Below, one piece after another: positions 39,541 to 53,707 of a stretch of DNA of 64,000 nt (the stretch's first letter is position 1; each line of letters opens with the position of its first letter). The stretch is from Octopus vulgaris (lineage: Eukaryota). Position numbers and translations under genes: made by a program. Below the pieces are notes generated by a model. That model worked only from the letters and a program-made list of their open reading frames with translations. It did no database searches and was not told where the DNA came from. The stretch lies in the NCBI GenBank assembly GCA_951406725.2, contig OX597839.1:9300001-9364000 (forward strand), in the 5' to 3' direction.

Positions 39541-39687
39541 GGGAGAATTCATGAAAAAAACAAAAGACGAAGACAGGTGCTGTAGACAACAAACAGATGT
39601 ATTATTTTAATGCTTGGGAAGTGTAAAAGTCTTTAGCATTTAGAAACAAACAGATGTATTAGTATGATGCTCAGGAAGTGAAAAAGA

Positions 39688-39723
39688 CTTTAACATTTCG
39701 AGCCTACGCTCTTCCACAGAAAG
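39688..39723 (-). ncRNA. Degenerate hammerhead motif within a Penelope-like relic (about 39540-39785)
   Basis: Minus strand cttt-CTGTGGA-a-gagc-gtag-gctc-GAAA-tgt-TA-aag (core mutated); adjacent partial tandem duplication 39587-39698. Confidence 0.5.
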
Positions 39724-41017
39724 GAATACAAAAAGAAACAAGGAGAGAAAATAAAGAATGTGTAGTGGCTAGCAATCTATCATGAAGTCAAAACAGAGCT
39801 GGAACAAATACCATCAAATATTTTTTCCAATACTCTTCTGCTATTTCTCTAGTTTTAATTATAATCATTTCTAACACAGGCACAGGACCTGAAGCTTTGA
39901 GGGAGAGATTAGTTGATTAAATTTAACCCAGTAATTGACTTATTTTATCAACCCAGAAAATGTAACAATAAAGATCCACAAAAAAGTGTCACAAGACAGT
40001 TTTTCCTGGTGCTCTACTGGCTCTACCAATAACAATTATTTCTAATTTATGTACAAGGCCATCAATTTTAAGCAGTGAGGGTCAGCTGATAAGACCAATC
40101 CCGGTACTTAACTGATATTTTATTATCTATGTTTTACTGACTCTAGAGGGATGAAAGGCAAAGTTGACCCCAGCAGGATTCAAACTCAGAACGTAAGAAC
40201 CAAAAAGAAAAAAAATCCACAAAACACTTCTTCTGATGTTCTAATGATCTAATAATACAGCAAGTTTGCTGCCTCATAATAATGATATTAAATGGTGAAA
40301 ATTTTCCAACACACTGCTTTATAGGAAGTCAGTGATGCAAGAATTGCTAAGATTGAAAGTAGAACAAGGAGATAAATATAGCATTGAAATGAGTGCTGAC
40401 TGATGAACAAGGGTGAAACAAGGGGTTGTTTAACTTGTTTTTAAGATTATTTTATAGCATGCATGAAATCACAGTGTTTGAGAGAGTTGGGTGAGAGATA
40501 GGATGACTACAGGTCATATAAAAACAGTTTTGAACAAGGTAACATAGTAACTGCCAGGTAAATTAAAAGGTAGAAAACTGTCATAAAGATAAAATGCTAA
40601 TTTGCTTTTATATAAATCAACCAGACACAGAAATAAGTTCCCTTTGGAAAATTAACAATCTTTCTCTTCAAAAATTTTTCCCAGAGGGTAAAAAATATAT
40701 TGTTCAACATAACACTTGTTTACAAAAAAAAAAAAGAAAAAGATAGAAAAAGAAAAAAATGCAAAGAGTAATATAAATTAGGAATAAAAGAGTTCTGACA
40801 TTTCTGGAAGAACCTTTCCAGCAAACAAATTGCATTTACTGTATGCCAATGCACACAATCAGAAATTTCCTTGAATTTATTTTCTTTTAATACTGGTTTC
40901 CTTTTGTAGAATCCACATGAATGTCCTAAAAGTTATAAATCTTCTTTTCTAAATTGCACACGTTCATTAAATCAGGCACATATATTTTGTTTTGTTTTAT
41001 TCTTTGTGGGTAAATTT

Positions 41018-41776
41018 TTAACCTTTTAACAGCCATATTTCTACGTAAATGCACTTGCCCTGTATTTTAATTATTGATTTTAAAAGTAATAAAGAACTTT
41101 TAAGGATTTAATAAAATAACTGAGTTTCTAGTTATTAAAGCCAGCATTTGGAACATAACTGAAGTAAAAGGTTCTTACTTAAAGTTATGGTAGAAGCTGT
41201 TAATTCAAATATGAAAACACTGAAATGAGAAATTTCATGTCACAGAGCCAGAAGTATTCTCAGATGGACTTGTATCAAAAGAGATAATCCTTTAGCATTT
41301 AAACTGGCCATATCCAGCCAAAATATTCTGTCTGTTCTACGTTCAAATCAGCAAGATCTGGCCTCTCATACCTAACCTACAATGTTATTCTAAAAATAAA
41401 CAATCACATCATCAAAATCTAGAAGCCACAAGGTAATGCATGATTAGTTTAAAACAATGTGAATCAATAAACATTACATTTGACAGAGTAATCTGAATAA
41501 TGAAGAGTTAACCCACTGGGGACAGAGCCTCATTTGGAGTTTCAGTGCCAAGAAGACGGAGCCCTTTTCCCAAGCCCTACAGAGGACATGCTCTTATTTT
41601 TCAAAAAAAAAAATAGAAAACAAAAACAGAAAACAAAAAAACTAAAAAATAAAGTAATTACTTTTCATATATAAAACTAAATATATTCCTGTAGGAAATT
41701 GAATGAACTAATACAATCTTCTTTGTCATTTGTCTTTTTGGCCGACAGATCGGCCCCATCGTCTCCTAAGGGTTAA
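41018..41776. mobile_element. Chain of three TTAA MITEs (B, A, C)
   Basis: B 41018-41287, A 41284-41511, C 41508-41776 (TIRs ttaacccactggggac and gtctcctaagggttaa). Confidence 0.72.
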
Positions 41777-42011
41777 ACTATTTTGTTTTAATGATCCAGC
41801 TAGTTTGTGAATAAATAAGGCAGACAGTTTTAGCTCTCCTTCATATAAGTAGGAGTTGAAGAGATATTATATCAGTGTTAACCCTTTAGAAATGAAGCAC
41901 TACTTATATTTCTACAAATTAAGAAGTGAAAACCCTTTGATAAGATACAAGTAGAATAACTGCATTTTCATTAAGTTCAAAAGTAAATTGATCTCTGTCA
42001 GTTTCAATGAT

Positions 42012-42320
42012 GATGCCATGGCGATCTCATTCTCGCTCACAACATCATAAGCGGAAAGTGTAACCTCTTGAAAGAGCTGTTCTTCACTCCTGCTCAAGAA
42101 CGTCAGCTGCGGGGTCACTCCAAAAAGCTCTATCTGCGACAATTTCATCTCAATCGAAGGAGAGGGGCTTTCTCCGTCCGGGTTGTGGATCTGTGGAATA
42201 AGCTGCTGGATGAGATAGTGAAGATGCCGACGACCGCTCGGTTCAAAGTCTCTCTTGACCAGAAATGGCCTGAACTCTTTACATGAACACCCTCCCTGTA
42301 CATAACTCCATGTCCCCCTA
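42012..42320 (+). mobile_element. CR1-clade LINE 3' fragment
   Basis: HGDLILAHNIISG...RGHSKKLYLRQFHLNRRRGAFSVRVVDLWNKL; same family as 10758. Confidence 0.88.
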
Positions 42321-42401
42321 ACAGTAATCATTCTGCATCTTGATCTAATGAACTTCCTGTTCATTGAATTAGCGTAGAACTGGTGGGTTGTTTCACAGAC
42401 A

Positions 42402-42619
42402 TATTAGGGAGTACTCAAAAGTTCCTGACTTTAAGAGTATTGTGAAAGCCTGGTTGGAGTCTCAACCTTCTGAGTGCTTTTACAGGGCTTAGAAAAACTG
42501 AGAGACCACTGTAATAAGTGTGTGAATCTGAGAGGGGAATGTTACATAAAATCATAATTAACTGATCCTCCTGTCTTTTCTTTTACCCAAAGCCAGGAAC
42601 TTTTCAGCACCCCCTCATA
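42402..42619 (+). mobile_element. Mariner-derived MITE
   Basis: Both TIRs present; internal CNKCVNLRGE equals the mariner transposase C-terminus (RWxKCVxxxGEY). Confidence 0.82.
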
Positions 42620-42621
42620 TG

Positions 42622-42872
42622 TACCTATTTCTTTACTACCCACAAGGGGCTAAACATAGAGGGGACAAACAAGGATAGACATAGGTATTAAGTCGATTCC
42701 ATCGACCCCAGTGCATAACTGGTACTTAATTTATCGACCTCAAAAGGGTGAAAGGCAAAGTTGACCTCGGTGGAATTTGAACTCAGAACGTAACGGCAGA
42801 CGAGATACGGCTACGCATTTCGTCCTTGTGCTAATGTTTCTGCCAACTCGCCGCCTTTGCCAGCTCGCTGCC
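42622..42872 (-). mobile_element. SINE-2 full-length
   Basis: Reverse complement of the first monomer at 32060. Confidence 0.88.
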
Positions 42873-44068
42873 TTTATATGTACTATTAACATAGTTTTCA
42901 GCCAGAATCAGTGTGACAATGCTACAAATTTGAATTATGATCTATCTGATGGGCTTCCGTGCTGCTTTTCTCTACCCAGTTTCACTCATGAGGCTTGGGT
43001 CAAACCAAGTTCAAGATACTTATCCAAGATACCACTCAGGACTTCTAGATGATTCTGCTATTTTTAAATAGCTCTCTCTCTCTAAGTGCCACACAGTGGG
43101 AATGAACCTTTGAAACATGTAGTTGAGAAGTAAGCTTCTTACCACACAGCCACGCCTGTACCATGTCTGTGATTTAGTAAAATCTTAGTCCAAAATTGAT
43201 TTCATGTGCTATCTTCAGATGCAGTGTAAGTAAGGAACATCAATGAACTATGAAATGTTACACTTAAAAACAGCTACAGTTGGGAAGTGGACATGCTGTC
43301 CCAGAAAACATCAGAGAAAAGCTACTTCAAAATTGATAAAAGACAGGAAAAAAAGAAAAAAAACTTAAAAGATTTTCATGTTAATGCAAATGTGGAGAAG
43401 TTTCATGTCTGTAATTACAAATGAAGGATATTTTATTCATTAAAATTCAAAAAAGAAAACCTGAAACTTTTTTAACGCATTCACTCCCAGCTTTGCTAAA
43501 ATATGTGTGTGGGTGTGCACGCGTGTGTTTTGAACCAAATAAATAAATTCACATATAATTGAAAACCTTGTGTATGAACTGTTATCTGTCAGAATTTTAA
43601 ATAATCATTGGAAAAGGAAACTTCTTTCCTTTTTGTTTTTTAACAAGTCAGTTCATTTCCTTGAAGTATAGTAAATGTATCGTTATTGATTCTGTTATTT
43701 ATTTTGGTCTTTGTTTTGAATCTGAAATTCTAACGGAAGAACCGTTCATTCTTTGATATTAGTCTAACAACAAAAGTGACTCTGTATGCCAGTAATTGAT
43801 TGGGATATTGATTGATTGTTCCCTGTACCTCTGGGAGGTGTCTCTAGGGTGTTGCTTATAATGTACCCTGGCAGCAGAAGCAGTAGCAACATGAGATAAA
43901 TGCATAGTTTTCAATGAAGACTATTTCAGTTCAGCACTTTGCAAATTAACAAAACATCTTGTTACACAGCAAATTTATTCTTGTTGATGATGTTCAGCTC
44001 TAGCTTAGCTTCCAACTAGCATAGAAGTTTTTTCAATTTTTTTTTCTTTTTAATTATCCCCTCTTTTC

Positions 44069-44521
44069 TTAACCCTTTCGTTACCGCATTTATTTTGAGA
44101 TGCTCTGTGTTTCTTTCAATTATTTTAGATATAACAAAGAATTTAGCAAAATAACTTAGTTATCATTAACCCTTTAGTGTTCAGATTACTCTGTTAAATG
44201 TAATACTTTTTCACTCAAATTGTTTTGAATTAATCCTGGATCATCTTACAGCTTTGAGGTTTCAATGATGTGGTTACTTATTTTTAGAATGGCATTGTAG
44301 GTTAGGTGTGAGAGGCTAGACATCGCCAGTTTGAATATAAAACATGTAGAATATATTGGGCCGGATTTGGCCAGTTTAAACACTAAAGGGTTAAGCTAGT
44401 GTTAGGAACATAAATTGTGACTAAAGTTTGGTGGAAGATTTTAATTCAAAACTTATGAAAACAAGACATTTATAATCAGATCCAGAGCCAGTTTCAGCCG
44501 GGTTAGTAACGAAAGGGTTAA
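44069..44521 (+). mobile_element. MITE B with MITE A nested at an internal TTAA (44166-44394)
   Basis: B sequence ttatcaTTAAgctagtg is split by A, with TTAA duplicated. Confidence 0.9.
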
Positions 44522-44904
44522 AGTGACATGGTTTAAATGTCACCCCACTTAACCCAATCCACCCGCTGCCATTTTCAACCATTTAGCATTCAAACTGCTC
44601 TGTCACATGTAATGCTTACTAATTGACACTGCTTATCATGAATTATCTCATAGCTTCAAGATTTTGATGATGTAATTCTTTATCTTTAGAATGACATTGT
44701 AGGGTAGGTGTAAGAGGCCAGAACAGGCCAGTTTGAACATTTCCCAGGTAGAATATTTTAACTGGACGTGGCCAGTTTAAATGTTAAAGGGTTAATGTAC
44801 ATGTAATATCAGGCCAGGCTAACATAGTTCTGGGTATTAGTTTGATGTGGCTGACTACTTACATAGCACCATGCTACTATAAACAAATACTATAAGGCGT
44901 AGGT

Positions 44905-45790
44905 GGTATGTTCTTGGTTTGGTTTACTTGTTCACATTTTAAAGTGGAGACACAACAGAGTGCTAGAAGAGCTAAATCATTCAATCAGGAGTCAGATGCA
45001 GTCTGAAGCCACGAACTTGGTCCTTATGTTTGTAATGGAAGGGAAGGAGAAGTGGTTTGGATCAAAAAAGATACTCGCTTTCTCTCTTTTCCCTCTCTTT
45101 TACTTGTTTCAGTCATTTGACTGCGGCCATGCTGGAGCACCGCCTTTAGTCGAGCAGATCGACCCCAGGACTTATTCTTTGTAAGCCCAGTACTTATTCT
45201 ATTGGGCTCTTTTGCTGAACTGCTAATTTACGGGGACATAAACACACCAGCATCGGTTGTCAAGCAATTCTAGGGGGACAAACACAGACACACAAACATA
45301 CACACATACATATATATATATACATATATACAACAGGCTTCTTTCAGTTTCCGTCTACCAAATCCATTCACAAGGCATTGGTCGGCCTGGGTATATAGCA
45401 GAAGACACTTGCCCACGATGTCACGCAGTGGGGCTGAACCCGGAACCATGTGGTTGGTAAGCAAGCTACTTACCACACAGCCACTCAATCATGAAGTTGG
45501 ACAATATCTACTCAGACTTGAAGGGGAATGAGAAATATATGCATACTGTCCAGACTGGTACAAAAACTATTCAAGTTTCATCAGTATGACATGCCATAAC
45601 TACGATTTTACTTGGCGTGATGGGGACAATGAAACAATACCAATTCAAGATGAGGAAGTATGAAGACCTTGTGAAAGAACTAAGAAAGAAGGGGTACCAT
45701 TGCACAGTAAATGTAGCAGAAGTTGCTACATAGTGGTTTGCTAGTGTCCTCAGTGTGGCCAAGCAACAAGCTCACTTGAGATCAAGCTTC
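44905..45790 (+). mobile_element. RLE-type (HERO/NeSL-like) non-LTR retrotransposon relic interrupted by SINE-1 (45079-45486)
   Basis: WRHNRVLEEL before the SINE; KMRKYEDLVKELRKKGYHCTVNVAEVA after it (K..KY..L...GW...VEVG motif). Confidence 0.7.
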
Positions 45791-48039
45791 ATTAAAGGTC
45801 ATATTTAAATAACATCAGGAGGACACCTAAGAGTCACTACCTAAGTGGGCCAGTTCCCTTAGAGTGTCAGGAACTAATTGGCTGAAGTACTTGTTTGATG
45901 CGACTTCTTCCTCTGAGGATTTCACTTGCTGTCCACTCACTTTGTAGCAAGTTTCTGCTCACTATTACATTAAAAAAAGTACTTTTAAAATTATTATTTA
46001 AATAGGTGACAAAAACTGAAAACATTAAAAAATGCATCTATTGCTCCACCTACCACCCACTTTGTTCCCAATACTCCTCTAAACTTTTTCTATCACCCTC
46101 TCCCCAGGAGTACCATCCACTTTGAGAAGCACTGATTTTGCTGATATGGCCATCTTGACTTATATTCAGATATATTATGCAATATGTCCTTTTAGTTATT
46201 ATTTAGCTCTAGATCTGTAAAGTGGGAAGCTGGCAGAGTTGTTAGCATGCTGAGCAAAATGCTTTGTAGCATTTCTTCTGTTTTTACGTTCTGAGTTCAA
46301 ATTCCTCCAAGGTTGACTTTGCCTTTCATCCTTATTTCATCAGGTGAAATAACTACCAGTTATGCATTGGGATCAATGTAATTGACTAGCCCCTACCCCC
46401 AAAATGTCAGGCCTTGTGCCTATAGTAGAAAGGATAATTTAGCTCCAGATCATCTGTGATCTAGCAGACCTTTGATGAAAGATGACCCAGCCATGATCAG
46501 CCTATCTTTTATTCAGGAATAGGGTACCAAGTTCTAGATTATCCAATGTATCCTTTCATTGTTTAGCTCTAGATCAACTCTGACCCCAACTGACCTTATA
46601 ATCAAAGGTCTTCTGGATAAGACCATTCCATCCTTTCTTCAGACATAGTATATCTTTGTCTGCTTTATTTATAGTATCCTGCTAATTTGAAGCCCGTACT
46701 GATGGTGGGGTTGGGTGATTTGAAGTTAGATTTGGTTGCTATTTATAGCAGGTCAAGTGACCACAGAATCTCCTGCATTAGCTTGCAAATTCAGGTTTTA
46801 TTTGTGACGTATATTTGCCATTTAAATATGGCTAACCCCTAAGGGTGGATGCTACTGTAGTTTGTAGCCCCAAGAGGATACCTCCTCCAGCTGGCTTTAG
46901 ACACACTTTCTGAGCCCTATCAGTATTTGCAAAGGGAAGCCATCCTTCCTGCTGTCTTCAACTTATGATACACACGGACACGCCGATGACGGGTCAATAC
47001 TCAGGGTTTTTTTTGGGTTTTTTTTTTAATTCTCTAGATCTGACTGTTCTCCCACTTACATATTAAATTATTATAACCAGAAAGCTAACATGGTCTTTGA
47101 TACTCAGCACTAAACTCATGTAACATATTTAGACACCTTGGTTTTGTTGCTGACCAATAAAACATGATCTCTCAGAGGGTGTTTAAATGTCTACATTCAG
47201 GGCTGTTACAGCTGTTAATGTTGTCATCTTGTCTTTTGTCCTGTGTTTCTATCTAATCTATATTCTCCATTGATATATTCATGTCTTATCTTGAAGAGTA
47301 ACATACCTACCTACCTACCTTCCTACCTACCTACCTTTTACCATTCCTTCCTTCTCCCTCTTTCCCATCCTTCCTTCCTTCCTTCCTCCTTAGTGTATGT
47401 GTCTGTATTGTGTATTCTTTATGTAAAATCATGCATAAAGAACCAAATAAAAGAACACTTAAATAGAGAATTTTCAGTGGTTGCCTTTGTCAGTTTGTGT
47501 GTGTGTGTGTGTGTGTGTGCATGCGTGTGTGTGTGTGTGTGTGTGAGTGTGTGTGTGTGCGTGGCGATATGTATATGCTATTTTGGTAATTCAGTTTTAT
47601 GTCCATCTTCCATGCTGGGTTAGGGAAAAACTTGTTGAAGCAGATTTTCTATGATGGATATTCTTGTCATCAACTCCTACCTGTTTTCCAAGTGTGGTAA
47701 ATATTTTATTCTACTGGCCTTCTACATTGAAAGCTATAACTACAGGATATTTCACTTACATATATACATCAGAATATGTATGAAAGGTAGACATACATAC
47801 ACACACACACACACATACACACACACATAAATGCCCTTGAATGTGGTATCATATTCCTTCGGCAACATCTTTTAACCACCAAGTGTCGAAGTGCATCCCT
47901 TGACCAAGTTTGCATACATGAGGCTGATAACATCATAAGACATGGACAGCAGCTCCTTGAGCAACATTCCTTGTCTGATAATCTAGACTACATGCCCAAG
48001 GAAGTTGCACGGCTCTACTGCAACATATCAGATGAACAG

Positions 48040-48345
48040 ATGAGCCTATATGAGCAGAAGACTATGCATGGATATGTTAGTAGAAAGCTCCCCACTTTGA
48101 AGGGTATGCATTTGCAATCTAGGAACAAGAAATATCAACCAAATACCTGATGCACAAAAGGGATAGAGATGCAGGAAAAGCAGTGAAATGTGACAACCAA
48201 TGCAAACTTTGTGGAGTTAACACCGAAGGTATAACCCACATCATACGCAGTTGTCTGAAAATGTCATCATGGTATTATCTACCAATGAGACATGATATTG
48301 TAGCTAGGACTCTCTATGATGAAATCTGTCAGAAGGATAACCCCG
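48040..48345 (+). mobile_element. RLE-type (R4/Dong-like) retrotransposon fragment
   Basis: MHGY..EQEISTKY..CKLCGVNTEGITHIIRSC..YLPMRHDIVA (CCHC knuckle plus RHD motif). Confidence 0.78.
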
Positions 48346-48657
48346 AGGGTCCAAATAAAAGTTTTGTGGTTTATGCAATAAAATAGTAAATTGGGGAGCC
48401 ACAATAGTATTTTAAGGGCCCTGAATAAATTTTGCTTTAGATGTATGTATGGGTACATATTGCAAGAAATAGCTAAGTTTCTTTCTCTAACATTTCATGT
48501 AGTTAACCTACACAAGTTAATGTGTGAGAAACAAAATAGGAATTTTGGAAGAAGTTTCTATAAAACAAGCTTTTAAACACTGAATGGCTATCAGGGTCCA
48601 CCAGGATAAAATAGTAATCAAAGGGGTCCCTAGATAAAAAAATGGTTGACACTTCTG
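48345..48657 (-). mobile_element. hAT MITE
   Basis: Reverse copy of the 38526 family. Confidence 0.7.
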
Positions 48658-49185
48658 CTCTAAAGAAATTGTGACACTATTTCAGGGAAGAAATAGAGGG
48701 AGTAATGCATTAAGATATCATTCTCTCTTCAAACTAAAAACTTGGCCTGAGTATTTGTAAGAAGGTGAACCCCGCTAAAAGTACACAAGGGTTATGTGGA
48801 TGTGGTGTTCAATAATGATAGATTGATAAAATTCAGTTTTGTAACATCACAATTGTGAATTTGATAAGTAATTAGCTAACTTGCACAAAACCAACATTCT
48901 ATCCATGTAAAAATTTGTCTCTCATATATTTAACCCTTTAGCATTCAGATTACTCTGTCAAATGAAATGTTTATTTATCCAAATGATATTCAGCTAATCA
49001 TTTCTCATCTCATAGCTTTCAGACGTTGGTGATGTGGTTGTTTATTTTCTGAACAACATTGTAGGACAGGTGTGAAAGGCTAAATTTGGCCATTTTGAAC
49101 ACAAAATAACAAGCACTACAGCCAATACTTTGCAAATGGACTGTCAAATGGAATGGCAACATTTTAAGTACAGTTATTCTAAATG

Positions 49186-49481
49186 AGTGGAGACGCAATG
49201 GCCCAGTGGTTAGGGCAGCGGACTCACGGTCGGAGGATCGTGGTTTCGATTCCCAGACCGGGCGTTGTGTGTGTTTATTGAGCGAAAACACCTAAAATCT
49301 CTACGAGGCTCCGGCAGGGGCTGGTTAACCCTTGTTGTACCCTTTTGCCACAACTTTCTCTCACTCTCTCTTCCTGTTTCTTGAGTAACGCTGTGATGGA
49401 CTGGCATCCCATCCAGCTGGGGGGAACACATACGCCACAGAAACCGGGAAACCAGGCCCATGAGCCTGGCTAGGCTTGAAA
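49186..49481 (+). mobile_element. tRNA-derived SINE (third family, V-SINE-like tail)
   Basis: A box tggcccagtggttagg, B box ggtttcgattccc, tail ctgtgatggactggcatcccatccag...gaaaccgggaaacc. Confidence 0.8.
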
Positions 49482-49754
49482 ACTCAGGCCAAGTTTTTAG
49501 CTTGAAGAGAGAATGATATCTTAATGCATTTATAGGGTCTTCGAAGTCACAGCATATCTCCAGATGTCTCGGTCTTTTGTCATAGCCTCAATAGACCAAG
49601 ATATTTTATTTAACTCATTATTTTCAAAATTAATTGAAATCAATAGAAATATGGTAAGAAAAGGGTTAAATAATACAGGGTATTTCTGCTCAAATGTTCT
49701 TTTACCCCATGCTAATACACACTCAGGTTCAGTCTACAAAAGTTTACACACATG

Positions 49755-49990
49755 TATATATTTCTTTACTACCCACAAGGGGCTAAACATAAAGGGGACA
49801 AACAAGGACAGACAAACGGATTAAGTCGATTATATCAACCCCAGTGCGAAACTGGTACTTTATTTATCAACCCCGAAAGGATGAAAGGCAAAGTCGACCT
49901 CAGCGGAATTTGAACTCATAACGTAATGACAGATGAAGTACCGCTAAGCATTTTGCCCTGCGTGCTAACGTTTCTGCCAGCTCGCCGCCA
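49755..49990 (-). mobile_element. SINE-2 full-length with 17-bp TSD
   Basis: aaaagtttacacacatg at 49738-49754 and 49991-50007. Confidence 0.92.
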
Positions 49991-51046
49991 AAAAGTTTAC
50001 ACACATGGTATTGGTCAACTTTAGGCTATGGTAGAAGACAGTTACATACACAAACATAAGAGATGATAATATACAAGGACAGACAATCAGTAAAACACAA
50101 ATCTATTGAATCCTTCAAGATGATGTAAGCCGCGTGTGAATAAATGAATAACATTAAATAAATAAAACAAAATGAAATGGAAAATAAGATAGAAACAAAA
50201 ATCTAATGAACATAAAAAGCTGGAATGGAAAGATATGAAAATGATAGGAAGGTATGACACTGGGGAGGGTGTGTTGTTGGTGAGAGGGATTATTGGTTAA
50301 AAATATGAATATATGAAATTCTCATACATAAAATTTATTGAGCAAAAACAAAACAGAAAAAAAAAAAGAAAGAAAGGAAGAAAGAAAGAAAGGAAGAAAG
50401 AAAGAAATGGTGAGAGAGAAAAAAAGAAAGACGGGGGGGGATCAGAAAAGAAAGAGAAAAATAATGAAAATGAAATAAAAAAAAAGAAGAATGAAGACAA
50501 AAAAAAACATGAACAACAAAGAGCAAGAAAAATATAAGTATCAAAACAGAAAAAAAGAAGAGGTGATATAGGGAGTGGGGGTAGGCGTGGTGGGGGTGGA
50601 GAGGAACTGTCTTATCACTGATTCACTGCGAATACATAAGACTGAAAGTCTTTTATAAGCCAGCTAATAATTTGATCTCTTCAGGTCTTTTCTACTTACT
50701 ATCCTGAGACTTTTTGCTAATTTTCATAGTATTCATTGAATACTTGTGGCATTATTCAGCTCAGATCAAAACTATTTATTGCACAGCTGTTGTGATTGAT
50801 TATAAACCCCACAAAGTCAATTTAGAGATAAGCCGCCACATCGCCATTTAGCATGAAAATAGTTGTATTGGCTCATGCATATATGAATGAATGAATCTTA
50901 CTGAAGTGTGTTTGTACATATGCTTATGCTCACGGATACTCATACACACACAAATACCACTCGTCCATACTACTTCAAAACATGCAACTGAATGAATGTA
51001 ACAGGAGCGTAAGGTGCGTATGTATGTATGTATATATATATGTATA

Positions 51047-51376
51047 TCATTATCGTCATCATCATCATCGTTTAGTGCCCGCTTTCCATGCTGGCATGGG
51101 TTGGACGGTGCAACTGGGGTCTGGGAAGCCAGAAGGCTGCACCAGGCCCAGTCTGATCTGGCAATGTTTCTACGGCTGGATGCCCTTCCTAACGCCAACC
51201 ACTCCATGAGTGTAGTGGGTGCTTTTTACGTGCCACCGGCACAGGTGCCAGACGAGGCTGGCAAACAGCCACGGTCGGATGGTGCTCTTTACGTGCCACC
51301 AGCACGGAGGTCAAGGCGAGGTTGGCAACGGCCATGATCGGATGGTGCTTTTTACGTGCCACCGGCACGGAAGCCA

Positions 51377-51378
<2 letters not shown>
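51047..51378 (-). mobile_element. R3 RTE 3' UTR fragment
   Basis: Same family as 3760; further copies at 15563, 25686, 29220 and 51818. Confidence 0.78.
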
Positions 51379-51424
<46 letters not shown>

Positions 51425-52044
51425 TTTATCTCTTTCATATGTTTGTCATTTGACTGTGGCCATGCTGGGGCACTGCTTTCAAGGGCTTTAGTTGAACAAA
51501 TCAACTCTGTAACTTTTTTTTGTAGCCTAGTACCAAACCACTAAGTTACAGAGATGTAAACACACCATCACCAGAGATAACATAAACATGAACACACACA
51601 CATGCGTGTGTGTGTGTGTGTGTACATCTACCAAATCCATTCACAAGGCTTTGGTTGACCCAGGGCTATAATAGAAGACACTTGTCCAAGGTGCCACACA
51701 GGGGGACTGAACCTGGAACCATGTGATTGGGAAGCAAGCTACTTACAACACAACCACACCTGTGCCTGATGATGATATATGTATGTAGACAGACAGACAG
51801 ACAGATAGAGAGATAGACATCATCATCATCATCATTTAGCATTCATCTCCCATGGTCGCATGTGTTGGATGGTTTGACAGTTGCCTGCAAGCCAAAGGAC
51901 TACACTAAACTCCACTACCTGCTTTGGCATGGTTCTTATGGCTAGATGCCCTTCCTAATGTCAACCACCTTACAGTGTGGGCTGGGTGCCTTTTACTTAG
52001 CACCAGCACCAAGGAGGTGACCTTGCAAGACAAAGGTCCTTACA

Positions 52045-52088
<44 letters not shown>

Positions 52089-52115
<27 letters not shown>

Positions 52116-52280
52116 AAATACATTCTGTCTGTCTGTCTGTGTGCCTTCTAGGATCTCGGGCATCCTCCATCCGATTGCGCTCAAATTTGATATGTAGATA
52201 CCGACGGTATCAGGGCATGTATAAGTCTTGAAAAATTACAAAAATCGATTCCAGGTGAGAATGCGATTGATGAAGCATTC
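52089..52280 (+). mobile_element. Helitron-like 5' fragment
   Basis: tatataaaa..(ctgt)n..ccgattgcgctcaaatttg, similar in layout to the 5' end of the element at 56464-57488. Confidence 0.5.
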
Positions 52281-52743
52281 TTTGAAATAGAAAACGGTCT
52301 ATCTTTATTTCTTCTTTTGCTGGTGTCTCAAATTTAGGTTGAATCAGTGTTTCTCAAGGGGGAGGCCTAATGGACGGTCAGACAAGTTGTTTTGGGAAAA
52401 TTTGGTTTAAATGTTTGACAGCTCAGCACCGTCCATTGGAGGGGGGGGGGCGTTTTTCTCATATATATATACATATATACGCATCATTAAATGCAACCAA
52501 AATATTTGTGTTTGTGTGTGTGCGCGTGCACACACATATGTATCTGTGTGTGTATGCATGTGTGTGTACATGTGTATGTGCACACACACACAGGGTAGTC
52601 CAAAACTCTTTCCATTTTAACAGTCATTTAAATTTTACTGTACCCTATGCATATACATGCACATACATATATGTGTGTGTGTTCAAATACCCATACACAC
52701 ACCCTCACATGCAGAGGAAAACATACATATGAAGAAACACACC

Positions 52744-52775
<32 letters not shown>

Positions 52776-53317
52776 TGCACGCATGCGCACGGATGTGTGT
52801 GCGTGTGTGTGTCTGTGTGTCTGTGTGTACAAACAGTGCTGCATTACACAGTCTTTCATCAATAATCTCTTTTATCTTTCTATATTAAAACTTGCCTTCA
52901 AACTAAATATACATCGACTCTTACATCAGTAATTTATACATTTTCCAAAAAGGAATGACTTGTATCAAATTCATGTGATGTTCAACACATCTAAAGAAAC
53001 ATCCTTTATTTCTCATTTTTACATACACATATAGAAACAGAGAGAAATACACACAGAGACATATACAGATGTTTGTATGTATATATAGATACAGCATAAC
53101 TGAATACACGACAAAAGAGGAACAGAGAAAGAGAAAGAAGGAAGTCACAAAGAAAAGAAATTCTGAAGGAAAACATGAGAATTTATCATTACATTTTGGA
53201 AATTCCATATAAATAGAGTCTTGAAAAATTACATTCACATTCATCATTTACAAACTTAAATGATAAAGAGGAAGTCTGGTTTGTGGCCTTGGCACTTTTA
53301 AATGAAGATATATATAT

Positions 53318-53707
53318 CTCTTTTACTTGTTTCAGTCATTTGACTGCGGCCATGCTGGAGCACCGCCTTTAGTCGAGCAACTCGACCCCGGGACTTATTC
53401 TTCTGTAAACCCAGTACTTATTCTATCCGTCTCTTTTGCCGAACCGCTAGTTATGGGGATATAAACACACCAGCATCGGTTGTCAAGCGATGCTAGGGGG
53501 ACAAACACACACACATACATATATATATATATACATATATACGACGGGCTTCTTTCAGTTTCCGTCTACCAAATCCACTCACAAGGCTTTGGTCGGCCCT
53601 GAGGCTATAGTAGAAGACACTTGCCCAAGGTGCCACACAGTGGGACTGAACCCGGAACCATGTGGTTGGTAAACAAGCTACTTACCACACAGCCATTCCT
53701 GTGCCTA
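53318..53707 (-). mobile_element. SINE-1 full-length
   Basis: Reverse copy. Confidence 0.92.

Noticed and set aside
40395-40435. Hammerhead-like ctgatga..gaaac (also 60650-60680)
   Set aside because: Stem I cannot form, or the GAAA core is incomplete.
49186-49262. tRNA gene
   Set aside because: The tRNA-like head continues into a SINE body with no terminator or clean acceptor stem.
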